The notes under the pieces were generated by a model. The model was given only the letters and a program-made list of their open reading frames with translations. It ran no database searches and was not told the origin of the DNA. A stretch of 64,000 nt of DNA from Octopus sinensis (lineage: Eukaryota), in assembly GCF_006345805.1 (NCBI RefSeq), contig NC_043009.1:38378001-38442000 (forward strand), read 5' to 3'. A program made the translations under genes and the position numbers. Shown here one piece after another: positions 27,505 through 41,615 of this stretch (its first letter is position 1; every line of letters starts with the position of its first letter).

Positions 27505-28340
27505 TAGAGGGTGGTCCGAAAAGTAATAAGAACAATAGAGGAACAATATAATAATACCAAACACATGTACTGGTTTTAGTATATTCACTTCCATTGACAC
27601 TGACACTGTCACACATCGGGAATACCATCATTTTCGTGGCACAAAGTGATGCGGTGCCATATCCTGTGTGATATTTTACGAAGCTGTGCTTTGGTGATTG
27701 TTTCAGAGGCTGCTGCATTATTATGAAGAACTGGAGCACAACCCCCCCGCATGGGATGATTTGGGCCGCAATAATATCGTGTATATCGAGGACCCTCTTT
27801 CCCCGAGAGCTCTGCTAACCAGCACTCTTACCTTGCCATGTTATCCTGTGTGATATTTTACGAAGCTGTGCTTTGGTGATTGTTGCAAAGGTTACTGAAA
27901 AATTATGAAGAACTGGAATACGACCCACCGCATGTGATGATTTGGGCCACTATATCGACTAAGCACTTGATAGGACCATATTTCTGCGAGGGCTCTACTA
28001 ACCGGCATTCTCACCTTACCATGTTAAGGGAGTGGTTAGTTCCACAGCTCCAGTGGTTGAATGTGGATTTGAATGAATGTTGATTTCAACAAGATGGTGT
28101 TCCACTCCACTATACCATCAATGTCAGGGAATACCCGAATGAAGTTTTTCGAGAAAGGTGGATGGGGTGAGGATCACAACTTCCAGCATCTCTCGACTGC
28201 GAAAACACTCTGCAGTGTATTATCAAGAAGAGAGTTTCACAAGAGCGATATCAGAATACCTAACAGTTGAAGGACGCTGTTTTAGCAGCCTGTGCAACAA
28301 CCACCTAAAGCACAGCTTCGTAAAATATCACATAGAAAAT
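27505..28340 (+). mobile_element. Rearranged Tc1/mariner-superfamily (maT-like) fragment
   Basis: Begins TA-GAGGGTGGTCC; VMIWATIS, IGPYF, FQQDG..LH, RWMG motifs; internal tandem copy (27660/27843) and inverted copy (~28295-28335). Confidence 0.75.
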
Positions 28341-28742
28341 GGCGCGGCAAAGAATTCATCAAGGTATCTTTTTATGTCATCCAAGGAATTGAAATTTTTA
28401 CCATTAAGACTATTCTGCAGAGACCTGAGTAAGTGGAAATCCGAAGGAGCAATATCTGGTGAATATGGAGGGAAGGATAACACATCCCAGCTGAGCTGCA
28501 GCAATTTTCATCTGGTTCCTAAAGCATCAAGTGCCGAAAATGAACTTTCTTATCTTCCATTTTAAAGGGTTACAGAATTAACACAGGTTTTAGAAACATG
28601 AACCCTCTTCCACGAAAAGATAGCTTAAACTGTGCTATAAATGAAGGTGTAGTCAAATCCTATTTTATAGACTCAGCCACGTTCTAAAATAAATCGAAAG
28701 GTAAGCTACTATAAATCGGCATGAACTTTCCGGACAACCCAA
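28340..28742 (-). mobile_element. mariner internal-deletion derivative (5' TIR + C-terminal catalytic region)
   Basis: TIR TTGGGTTGTCCGGAAAGTTC..; MEDKKVHFRHLM fused to PPYSPDIAPSDFHL; same family as 49523-50097. Confidence 0.85.
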
Positions 28743-29006
28743 TAGTTATATACATATTCCTCTTTATATATATATTTCGACCGACACACGATGGGTCGAA
28801 AGGACAGTAGTGAATAATAGAGAATCTTGTGAATTCCATTTTCTTTCCCTTTCTCTCATATGTTATAAATTCTACGAACACGAAAAAATTCCTAAAGTAA
28901 ACCCAATGTCACTTATATCTATTCTGTTGATGACATCAGGTATCCGAATACAGTGAACGGGCTTTAGGCGGCATACTACAAATTTCAATATTATTACACA
29001 CACACA

Positions 29007-29081
<75 letters not shown>

Positions 29082-29691
29082 TTCTGCAAAATTTATCAAC
29101 TCAGAGAATATTCATATATTTTCTCTTGAATAAAAATCTCCAACAACCTCCGAAGTGGAGAAGAATTATGATGGATCGAGCGTATTACATCATAGACAAA
29201 CTTCAACTCGATGGGGTTTCATTTGAGGAGAAATAAAGGTAGCGAATTATATAGCACACTATCTAATCTTGTATTTCCACTGTATCACACAGTATTATAT
29301 ATTCATCAAATCGTAATGAACTGTTATCTCTTCACACTATCGAGCTGCAAGTGTAATTTGCAGAGGTGTGAAACTATTAGGAAGATTTAGCATTAAGTTC
29401 TGCCAATTTATTCAACAAATAGTAGATGCAAAACGTTTATAGCTATCATTAAAGCTGTTAGCTACTTAGGAGATGCTGTCAAAGTTTGAAACAATTCATG
29501 AAAGTATGGACCTATTGAGAATCATTAATACGGAATACTATAACCGGTCAACAATGATAAGTTCCCTCTCTTTTGTATATTGCAATCTAACATGCTGTTG
29601 GAAGATATTATTACTACAATTAAATTTATTGGTTTTGTTGTTTTTATTTAATGAGAGGTGCCATCTCTCGTTTAGGGATACATTACATCAC

Positions 29692-29727
<36 letters not shown>

Positions 29728-29799
29728 ATATATATATATATATGTATATATATTTATATTATATATTCATATATGTTCATACATATATCTATATATATA

Positions 29800-29901
<102 letters not shown>

Positions 29902-30116
29902 ATATCTTGTGTATTGTATTTATTGTGTTTGTAAATGTTACACAAAGAAACGAGATGATTGTTGCTGGTGTGTTGCTATGACCAATGATTTCGTTCCCAG
30001 TTTCAAGTTGCATCTGTAAAGAAGTTCTGGACGACTACTGGGTCAAATAAAAAATATATGACGATATAAGCCCAGGGAATGCGATGCCAGTAATGTCCCT
30101 TTATCTTGATATATTC

Positions 30117-30172
<56 letters not shown>

Positions 30173-30174
30173 TT

Positions 30175-30360
30175 TTATCTTTTTATTCTTTTACTTGTTT
30201 CAATCATTTGACTGCAGGACGTATTATTTGTAAGCCTACGTACTTATTCTATTGATCTCTTTTGCCGAATCGCTAAGTAACAGGGACATAAATACACGAA
30301 CATCGGTTGTCAAGCGATGGTGGTGGTGGTGGCAGTGGGAGCGGGGGCGGAAACAGACAG

Positions 30361-30408
<48 letters not shown>

Positions 30409-30566
30409 GACGGGCTTTTTTCAGTTTCCGTCTACCAAATCCCCACACAACGCTTTGATTGGCCCGATGCTATATTAGAAGACACTTGCTCAAGGTGCTA
30501 CGCAGTGGGACTGAACCCGGAACCATGTGGTATGGAAGCAAGCTTCTTACCACACACCAACTCCTA

Positions 30567-30567
<1 letters not shown>
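30175..30567 (-). mobile_element. SINE family C with internal (TA)/(TG) microsatellite
   Basis: Reverse-complement match to 35678-36100. Confidence 0.8.
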
Positions 30568-30637
<70 letters not shown>

Positions 30638-30718
30638 GTCGCTCTCTCTCCCCCTTCTCTCTCTCTGTCTATATATGTATATGTAGAACTACTAGACTCT
30701 ACCATCATATATGGTCAC

Positions 30719-30757
<39 letters not shown>

Positions 30758-30799
30758 TTTGATTTTGATTTTTCCAGTTTCAGCTAATATATATATATA

Positions 30800-31101
30800 T
30801 CACCGTGATCACCGTGACCGACCAGGCTATCAGATGTTGCTACACATCGCTGGTCACAATGCGTTTCGCATTATTTTAACCTTTAAATGACGCCACCCCA
30901 CTGGCTAAGCGAGCAGGCGAACGGAAGAAAGAGTGAGAGAAAGTTGTGGCGAAAGAGTACAGCAGGGATTGCCACCACCCTCTGCCGGAGTCTCGTGGAG
31001 CTTTAGGTGTTTTCGCTCAATAAACACTCACAATGCCTAGTCTAGGAATCGAAACCGTGATCCTATGACCGCGAGCCCGCTGCCCTAACCACTGGGCCAT
31101 G
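30800..31101 (-). mobile_element. Chimeric SINE: family A tRNA head + alternative tail
   Basis: 31101-30925 matches the SINE A head; 30920-30800 matches the stand-alone tail at 58583-58715. Confidence 0.75.
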
Positions 31102-31107
31102 CATCTT

Positions 31108-31195
<88 letters not shown>

Positions 31196-31723
31196 TGTGT
31201 ATTGTATTTATAGTGTATGTAAATGTTATGCAAAGAAACGAGATGATTGCTGCCGGTGTTTTGCTATGGCCAATAATTTCGTTCCCAGTTTCAAGTTACA
31301 TATATATATATAAATTCAGGGTGAATACTTGATAAATGTATGCACCTGTTTATGCCAGCTAGAAGCATAGGTGAGAGGATGTAAGTATCAAATGAAATAA
31401 AATGAAAAACAGAACACAAAGGATGTCGCGGTACATATGTTTCGAGCTTTATAGAACAACTTATTCTTACATCAATGCATAATCGACATAACAGATAGTT
31501 TAAAGTCCTCTTCAGCCGCATGCAATTGCTACACCAAAGACTTGTATCACATTATGAAAGGTTTTAGAAAAAACATTTGGTGTTGTTTATAATGGTAGGT
31601 AAACCAAGTATCACTGGGAAAATATGTTTGTAAATCTTCATAATCAGATAGGCGTACATGGTATTATTAGACTCCCCAAAATTATTAGACTCCAAAAAAT
31701 CGTCCGTACAGTTTTCTCACTTT

Positions 31724-31760
<37 letters not shown>

Positions 31761-31978
31761 TATAACCAATAGAGCCATATATGAAGGTAGTCTCTAGTAG
31801 TTCGAGAGAGACAGTGTCTAAAATTTCTTAGTGAAGAACCTGTACAATGATTTGCTTTTAGTGATCAAATGTTCGCGCTATACATTAGCGCAATCCCTCG
31901 ATGAAATCGGCATTGTCTGATCAGGTGCACGATGTACAACACGTAAAGTATTGAAGCGATTAGAGAAAAACGTGATAC

Positions 31979-32122
31979 AAAGTGTTTTGCTTAAAACACA
32001 ACGTACAATCCGGTCCAGGATTTGAAACCGCGATCTCATGACGTAGTCGTTAGACTAGGTCATGAGATCGCGGTTTCAAATCCTGGACCGGATTGTACGT
32101 TGTGTTTTAAGCAAAACACTTT
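31979..32122. repeat. Perfect 64-bp inverted repeat (fold-back) in a SINE A-related head
   Basis: 31979-32042 is the exact reverse complement of 32059-32122; inner TAGTC-GTTA-GACTA also pairs. Confidence 0.95.
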
Positions 32123-33366
32123 ACATAAACGTACATACTTTACATAAACGTACATACTTACATACAAATATAAAAACTTTCACTACATCTTTAAGATGCT
32201 GTTCCAAAATATATTGACTGCAGGAAGTCTTAACTTATGGGTGTATATTCTTGGCAACTGCAAAAATATGTGTATACATACACAAATACATATGTATGTG
32301 TATAATATGTACATACACGTATGATTGTGTATAATACATATATATATTTGTATGTGCGTGTGAGTGTGTGAATATATATGTATATACATTTTAATACACA
32401 TATTTGTGTATGTATATATTTTTGATTGTGTATGCGTACGAACATAGTACAATTATATATTAAGTATGCGTAATATATATATATTTATCTTTGAATAATT
32501 TATAACTTATATGGAAAAACAGGTGGGATACAGCTTTCATATGTACAGTAAATATCAACTTTTTTCTTTTTCTGATTTTCATCAAATGTATAAGGTTTGC
32601 AGCCGGCAAAGAAACGCAGCGTAACTTCCGTTTCAATTTAAGTAAAACATAAAATATAAATTTTGTTTTTATGTTCATTTCCTTTTTTTTATAGCAAAGC
32701 AACTGTAGAACTTATAATCCAGAGAGGCTGTCACAAAATTTACATTGTCGACTTAAAAAGACATATTTTTCAGTGAATATCGTAAAATACAGAAAAACGA
32801 ATAAGAGACAAATACGAACGAACTTAAAATGATTAGTGAAGTGCAGCGACAAGGTGATGATTCAGGTCATACAGTCGGCTTTAACAGGAAAATCCAATCT
32901 GTTAAGCAGTGCAAAATTTTGGCAGCGACTTCCTGAAAGAATTTATTTAAGAAATATTAGCAAATACAGACCGGAAGTTGGCAATTTGACGACCGGATAA
33001 AAATTATGCGTTACAAGTTTAACGTCTTACTGAAGTTAACTTACACTTTCCTTTTTTCTTTATTGATTTTTCTTTATATTAGCTGAACAAATTTGAGAAA
33101 GGAAAAAGTGCCGTTCTTCAAGAAATCTCAGTATATAACCGGCACTTACGGATGTGTTTTATCGGTACAGTAAAATATGGAAGCAGGGGTATTTGAACTT
33201 GGCTCTAAAAGTGTCGAATCAAAAGAGTATCATGCATGTAGTGCTTGCCATCAGTGATGTGTTAGAACCAGTAGATACCAAATATTGGCTTAGATTCTGA
33301 AATGTGATCGTCCCCGGAAATTTACTTTACCTTTCAGTCAGTCGACTGCGGTCATACTGAAGCACC

Positions 33367-33717
33367 GGAGGCGCAATGGCCCAGTGGTTAGGGCAACGGA
33401 CTCGCAGTCATAGGATCGCGGTTTCGATTCCCAGACCGGGCGTTGTGAGTGTTTATTGAGCGAAAACACCTAAAGCTCCACGAGGCTCCGGCAGGGGATG
33501 GTGGTGATCCCTGCTGTACTCTTTCACCACAACTTTCTCTCACTCTTACTTCCTGTTTCTGTTGTGCCTGTATTTCAAGGGACCGGCCTTGTCACTCTCT
33601 GTGTCATGCTGAATATCCCCGAGAACTGAGTTAAGGCTACACGTGTCTGTGGAGTGCTCAGCCACTTACACGTTAATTTCACGAGCAGGCTGTTCCGTTG
33701 ATTCGGATCAACCTTCC
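33367..33717 (+). mobile_element. SINE family A with TSD
   Basis: A box TGGCCCAGTGG, B box GTTTCGATTCC; flanking ACTGAAGCAC at 33356 and 33718. Confidence 0.9.
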
Positions 33718-34009
33718 ACTGAAGCACTGCTTTCAAGAGTTTAGTCGAGGAAACCGTCCCACTATTTATGATTAAAGTCTGAAGGGGAAAACAAAGACAT
33801 GCGACAGTTTCCTTTCAATCAGATTCACTCACTAGGAATTAGTTATAAAAGAAATCACATGCCTAAGGTTCCAGAATCAACTTGTTAACAATGTAGACGT
33901 GTCCACCAGAATCTTTAGAGTATATGACAAAATGCATTAAGAGTATTTCTTCCGATCCTATACGTTCTGAGTTCAGTTCCCACTAACGCCAGATTTCTTT
34001 TTCATATTT

Positions 34010-34745
34010 TGGCCTTATCTTTCTGTCAGTTTGAATGTTGAAGTTCCAGTGGAGTGAAATGTGATTATCTTCAAGTACTGGACGTGGTTTGTGTTCCTAC
34101 CAGTTTTTATCATGGGGCAGGTCCAGGTTTTTGCAAATTAACCAGTGAATATATCGTACTGCTCTATCATGCCTGTTGAGATACTCTGTAGGCGCAAGAA
34201 GTCTGTACATGGAGACAACATGATCATTGGTTTCATTTTGTGGTTGACATATACGGCTTGTTGGGCTACTGTCGTTCTTTAATATGTTGGCCTGGTAGTT
34301 TCTTTTACTCCAGAAGACACTAACCATTTATGGGTAAGGGCTTTGTCAACATCGGCACTAATAACTCTCTTTGGGTATTTACCATTGACAGGTTTTTCTT
34401 GCCATTTATCACTAAGAATATCCAAGGCAGCAATTTAGCACGGGTTTTCATACGCTTAGCTTTTTCTGTGCTTGTTTCTAGTCCGTCTAATTATGGAATT
34501 TGTTGTATTTGGAATTCACATAGAAATTCCTTTGCCTCTTTTGTTACTGAGCATAATACTTTCTCGTTTTCATGCTTTGAGACAAGTTTTAACATCCAGT
34601 CATCAGAGTTTTTCAGGTAGGTGTCTAGGCCAATTGTTACAATCTTTATTGTTAATCCCAGTTGCAAAAATCCACGGCCTCTCTCTTTCTTAGTAGGTAA
34701 AGTCGTTGTATAACTGCTTTAGGGTGGTGCATTCTATGCACCATT
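34010..34745 (-). mobile_element. R4/Dong-like LINE fragment, same subfamily as 60420-62505
   Basis: NYQANILK...ETNDHVVS...EYLNRHDRA; close nucleotide match to ~61290-62075. Confidence 0.85.
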
Positions 34746-35210
34746 TCTCCAGGGAGGAAATAAGACATTAGAAGTAGTCAGTTGGATATAAATAACTGTG
34801 TATTAAACGAGGCAGGGTAGGGGTAGACTTTAAATCTTGATGCTAATTACCAGTTAAAGAGGCAAGTCTCTAAGAAACCTTAGATGTTAATACAGAGGAA
34901 ATTTTATTTAGGGGCACTATGAGGGAATGTTTATAAACAATATTGTTATGTTGTATAAAGATAAAACTTAAAATTAAAGAATTTCAAAAGTGATATAACA
35001 AAGATAGGTAAAAGGTGTGTATATATGAATTATAAACATTAAAAAGGAAGATTTCATAGAATCAGTTTAATATCCATTCATTTTCTTAATTAAATGCTTA
35101 TTAGGTGGTTTCTATAAAGACTGTTCAAGGCATTTACATATGGAACAACTAAATATTAATTTTAAGCCATGAATCAGAAAAGTGTAAAAATGCATATAGA
35201 TACACACACA

Positions 35211-35252
<42 letters not shown>

Positions 35253-35677
35253 GTCCATATATGCATATATACAAATATTCATACGCTTATATGGATATAG
35301 TATAAATATCTCGCATAGACTTAAGTAACTGAAAGATATCAATTTAAAAACAAGAATATTAACAATTTGTAAGGGATTAGAGTTTAATAAGTAAGGATAT
35401 TAAAATAAGAAAACAAAATAATAAGAAGTTATAGAAAATAATAAGAAATACACATAACCTACATATAAAGAGACAGGAGATTAAAATTTGTGGCTGGGAA
35501 ATATAAAGGTAACCCCAAAAGAGAGTGTTATTGGTACGGAAGTAGTGAGGGCAGCTAAATAAATTGTAATGTTACAGGTGTTATTGTATGTATGATTTTA
35601 TAGTTTCTAGGGGGTATATGATGTAGTCAAAAGGAGACTTACTTACGTAAAGTCACCACAAGTATACATAATAATTT

Positions 35678-36100
35678 AGGCGTAGGAGTGTGAGTGTGGT
35701 CAGTAGCTTGCTTACAAACCCCATGGTTCCGGGTACAGTCCCATTGCATGGCACCTTGGGAAAGTGTCTTCTACTAAAGCCTCGGCCGACCAAAGCCTTG
35801 TGAGTGGATCTGGTAGACGGAAACTGAAAGAAGCCCGTCGTATATATGTAAATATATATATATATATATATGTATGTGTGTATGTGTTTGTGTGTTGTGT
35901 TGGTCCCCCGAACATCGCTTGACAACCGATGCTGGTGTGTTTACGTCCCCGTAACTTAGCGATTCGGCAAAAGAGACCGATAGAATAAGTACTAGGCTTA
36001 CAAAGAATAAGTCCGGGGGTCGATTTGCTCGACTAAAGGCGGTGCTCCAACATGGGCACAGTCAAATGACTGAAATAAGTAAAAGAGTAAAAAGAGTAGA
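35678..36100 (+). mobile_element. SINE family C, full-length
   Basis: tRNA-like head (GGCGTAGGAGTG..GTGTGGT; GGGTACAGTCCC), internal microsatellite, tail ...GACTGAAATAAGTAAAAGAG. Confidence 0.85.
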
Positions 36101-36807
36101 GTAAAGAGTATAATATGATCAATAGGGTAGAACAACATAGAAAGGAAAAAAGAGTAATCATCAAAATAGGATGAAGTCAGACTAACTAAGCATGGGTTAT
36201 CATGGGATAGCATTACATATAACACACCACATGCCACAGCACATAGCATATAACATATGTAATGCAATATAATTCACCATATAACATAATATCCCATGAT
36301 TGTTTTATATTTAATACTGGAGGGTAAGTTTACAACGAACACGACACCAAAATTAATTTCCACCATCAAAGTTCTAGTATGGTAACTTTAATTGTTATTT
36401 TCGAAAATACTTAAATGTATGGGTGACGCTATGTATGCACAACACCCTTAGGTCTAGTCTAGTATTAATCAAGTTGTTCTTGTCCCTATACTTAAAAATC
36501 TCATAAGTTTCCATGTATATAATATATTCCCGTTTAGTCATAGTGGTACTAATAACCAGTTGTTAGGACTCAATATGTTTTTATTTTATAGTATACAAAT
36601 AGCTTTGAATGACAAATGATTAGGAGTTACTAATCAATTACAGATGTTTGTAGTATAAGTAAGCGTGCACTCAGAACCGAGAGCTTGTTCGACATCTTAT
36701 GGCTTCCTCAGAGCTATTTGAATACTATAAAATACAAGGGTATTGAGTTCTAACAACTGGTTATTAGTATCACTATGACTAAACGGGAACATATTGTTGG
36801 TACATGT

Positions 36808-37186
36808 TGGCACTCCGTCGGTTCGACGACGAGGGTTCCAGTTGATCCGTTCAACGGAACAGCCTGCTCGTGAAATTAACATGCAAGTTGCTGAGCGATC
36901 CACAGACACGTGTACCCTTAACATAGTTCTCGAGGAGAGTCAGCATGACACAGAGTGTGGCAAGGCTGGCCCTTTGAAATACAGGTACAGCAGAAACAGA
37001 AAGAAAGAGTGAGAGAAAGTTGTGGTGAAAGAGTACAGCAGGGTTCGCCACCACTCCCTGCAGGAGCCTCGTGGAGCTTTAGGTGTTTTCGCTCAGTAAA
37101 CACTCACAACGCCCGGTCTGGGAATCGAAACTGCGATCATACAACCGCGAGTCTGCTGCCCTAACCACTGGGCCATTGCGCCTCCA
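36808..37186 (-). mobile_element. SINE family A
   Basis: Full reverse-complement copy; CACTATGACTAAACGG.AACAT duplicated at ~36771 and ~37186. Confidence 0.9.
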
Positions 37187-37720
37187 CTATGACTAAACGG
37201 AAACATTACATACTACATAATTACATACATATATCTATGCATATACATATGTGTGAGTGTGAGTGTATGTGTGTGTATGTATGTGTGTGTGTATGTGTGT
37301 GTGTGTGTGTGTGTGTTGTGTGCTACTGGAACAGATTTTGTATCTTGGGGAAGGGTAATTTTTGCCCTTAAAAACAGAGTGGCGAAATCTATAATAACAA
37401 GGGCGCGTCATTGATGATGTAAATGGTGCCGAAAATGGTCACAAACCATCTGAGTGATTATGCTGTGCAACATGACTTTTGTCCTTGGGTAGCAGCTGTT
37501 ATTTTCTATTTGTTTACCTTTAGAAAATATGGAAAATGGGTATTTCCTTCAAACTTTGCTTTTGTTACATTTATTCAAACCCCAAAGAATCTCTCTCAGC
37601 ACATGGATATAATGATCTACCACTATTCCTACTCAGAGAGATGCACATATTGTCAGCCACTAAGGGACATGCTTAAGTGTCTAAAGGTCTAGCAACTGGC
37701 CAGCAAGTCTGTGGTGTTGA

Positions 37721-37950
37721 GCGGCGAGCTAGCAGAAGCGTTAGCACACCGGGCGAAATGCTTTCCGGTACTTCGTCTGCCGTTACGTTGTGAGTTCAAA
37801 TTCCGTCGAGGTCGACTTTGCCTTTCATCCTTTCGGGGTCGATAAATTAAGTACCAGTTACGCACTGGGGTCGATGTAATCGACATAATACCTATGTCTG
37901 TCCTTGTTTGTCCCCTCAATGTTTAGCCCCTTGTGGGTAATAAAGAAATA
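37721..37950 (+). mobile_element. SINE family B inserted into a family D fragment (37560-37975, minus)
   Basis: Flanks GGTGTTGAG / GGTATTGAG form a TSD inside the D sequence. Confidence 0.85.
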
Positions 37951-38491
37951 GGTATTGAGCAGAATATTTGTTATAATGATATTTCTGCTTCAGCAACTCA
38001 ACACTGAACCAATTTGAAATGTTATGGAAAATAGGTCGGTTTCAAAACACTGATGTCCCGGTCACAAAAGCAAAGTTTGAAGGGAATAATTGTCATTTCC
38101 TTTGTTTTCTACATAGAATCAAATAGGAAATAACACTTACTAACCAAAGACAAAATAAAAATAGATATGAATAAATAAAAATTTTGTACACGGTATTATT
38201 TGACCATACGATTGTTAAAATCATTAGCGAAGCAATCATTTAATTGCTTAGTTAGCTAGTGAGTAATAATAATAACAAGAAGTAAAATATAATGAGCGCG
38301 TATGTTGTAATTGGCAAAATAAACCTAGCAAGATACAACACGTACATTCATACACGTATACGATTTAATGGCTTGCAACTTTGTAGAATGTAAGATGTAT
38401 GAGTTTTATATTGATCTCATATTATTGGGTTTCGATTGTAAAGAGCATGTGCTGCATTATATTGTTTAATGATGATTATATAGAGTATCGT

Positions 38492-38865
38492 GGAGGCGCA
38501 ATGGCCCAGTGGTTAGGGCAGCGGACTCGCGGTCATAGGATCGCGGTTTCGATTCCCAGACCGGGCGTTGTGAGTGTTTATTGAGCGAAAACACCTAAAG
38601 CTCCACGAGGCTCCAGCAGGGGATGGTGCTGATCCCTGTTTTACTCTTTCACCACAACTTTCTCTCACTCTTACTTCCTGTTTCTGTTGTACATGTATTT
38701 CAAAGGGCCGGCCTTGTCACTCTCTGTGTCACGCTGAATATCCCCGAGAAAGGTACACGTGTCTGTGGAGTGCTCAGCCACTTACACGTTAATTTCACGA
38801 GCAGGCTGTTCCGTTGATTCGGATCAACCGGAACCCTCATCGTCGTAACCGACAGAGTGCTTCCA
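38492..38865 (+). mobile_element. SINE family A with TSD
   Basis: Intact A/B boxes; ATATAGAGTAT on both flanks. Confidence 0.9.
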
Positions 38866-39129
38866 TATAGAGTATATGTTCTGTCGTTATTTATTGAGAT
38901 TTTATTGTATTGGGTTGTACGCTGTGAGCATAGAATGTAGCATCTGAGTTAAGTTAGTGTACTCATTCTTCATATGATGTGGGTTGTGCCTACGAAGGTT
39001 AACTTTTAGGGTGTATATAAGTTGTAAGCTTTCTAAGTTTTTGTTCATATTTGGTCTTAGTCATACTTAGTTTTACAGTTGTTTATGTTTTTGTTTTCAT
39101 TTTCCACATATTTATTTCAATTTCAAGAT

Positions 39130-40545
<1,416 letters not shown>

Positions 40546-40984
40546 AAAGCGTTGTTCTGATAGTATCATTAAATCGTTGGAGAAAATGGTTATGTCAAGG
40601 TCAACGATGCTTTTCATCCTTTCAGGTCGAAAATTTTATTGACTAAGCCATAGTCATTCATAACCATGCTGTAAATGACTATTATTTCTAGTCTCTATCA
40701 AATATTTCATATTTATGCTATGTTGCCCATTCTTTGAACTATTTCATCCAAGCATCAAAAGTAATTACACGTTATCATGATGGTCCCTGTTAGAAGTTCC
40801 GATGTATTTGTGCCTCTGCCATTGTTAATAGCAAACATGACATTGACTGAGATTTGGTGGAGCGTCGGATTAAATGTCTTCCAGTGTTTATTTCCATATT
40901 CTTACCATTTAAGTTCATTTCTCACTAAAGACACGGTTTGAAATCTTATTAGAATCGGTGAAAAGTATCCCACCCTCCACAAGA

Positions 40985-41615
40985 CACGAGACTAGAAATT
41001 TTGAGGGTAAGGGTGCCCATCGATTATATCGACCAGTACGTGACTGTTAATTATTTCATCGATCCCGAAAGAGTGAAAGGCAAAGTCGGCCTAGGCATAA
41101 TTTGAAGTCAAAACGTAACGGCAGACGAAATACCTATTTCTTTACTACCCACAAGGGGCTAAACACAGACAGGACAAACAAGGACAGACAAACGGGTTAA
41201 GTCGACTATATCGACCCCAGTGCGTAACTTGGTACTTATTTAATCGACCCCGAAAGAGTGAAAGTCAAAGTCGACCTAGGCATTATTTGAAGTCAGAACG
41301 TAACGGCAGACGAAATACCTATTTCTTTACTACCCACAAGGGGCTAAACACAGAGAGGACAAACAAGGACAGACAAACGGGTTTAGTCGATTATATCGAC
41401 CCCAGTGTGTAACTGGTACTTATTTAATCGACCCCGAAAGGATGAAAGGCAAAGTGGACCTCGGCGGATTTTGAACTCAGAACGTAACGGCAGACGAAAT
41501 ACCGCTAAGGATTTCGCCCGGCTGCTATGAATTTTAACCTTGATCGTAAAACCCGGAAGAAATGCCACTAGGCATTTTGTCCGACGTGCCAAAGATTGTG
41601 CCAGTTCGCCATCTT
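40985..41615 (-). mobile_element. Tandem SINE B array (~186 bp period)
   Basis: Identical junctions AAAGAAATA|GGTATTTCGTCTGCC at ~41133 and ~41319. Confidence 0.85.

Noticed and set aside
33367-33440. tRNA gene
   Set aside because: It is the head of a multi-copy SINE with body and TSD; no proper acceptor stem.
34750-35650. Possible NUMT or LINE UTR (strand-biased AT-rich DNA)
   Set aside because: No recognisable mitochondrial gene or TE motif.
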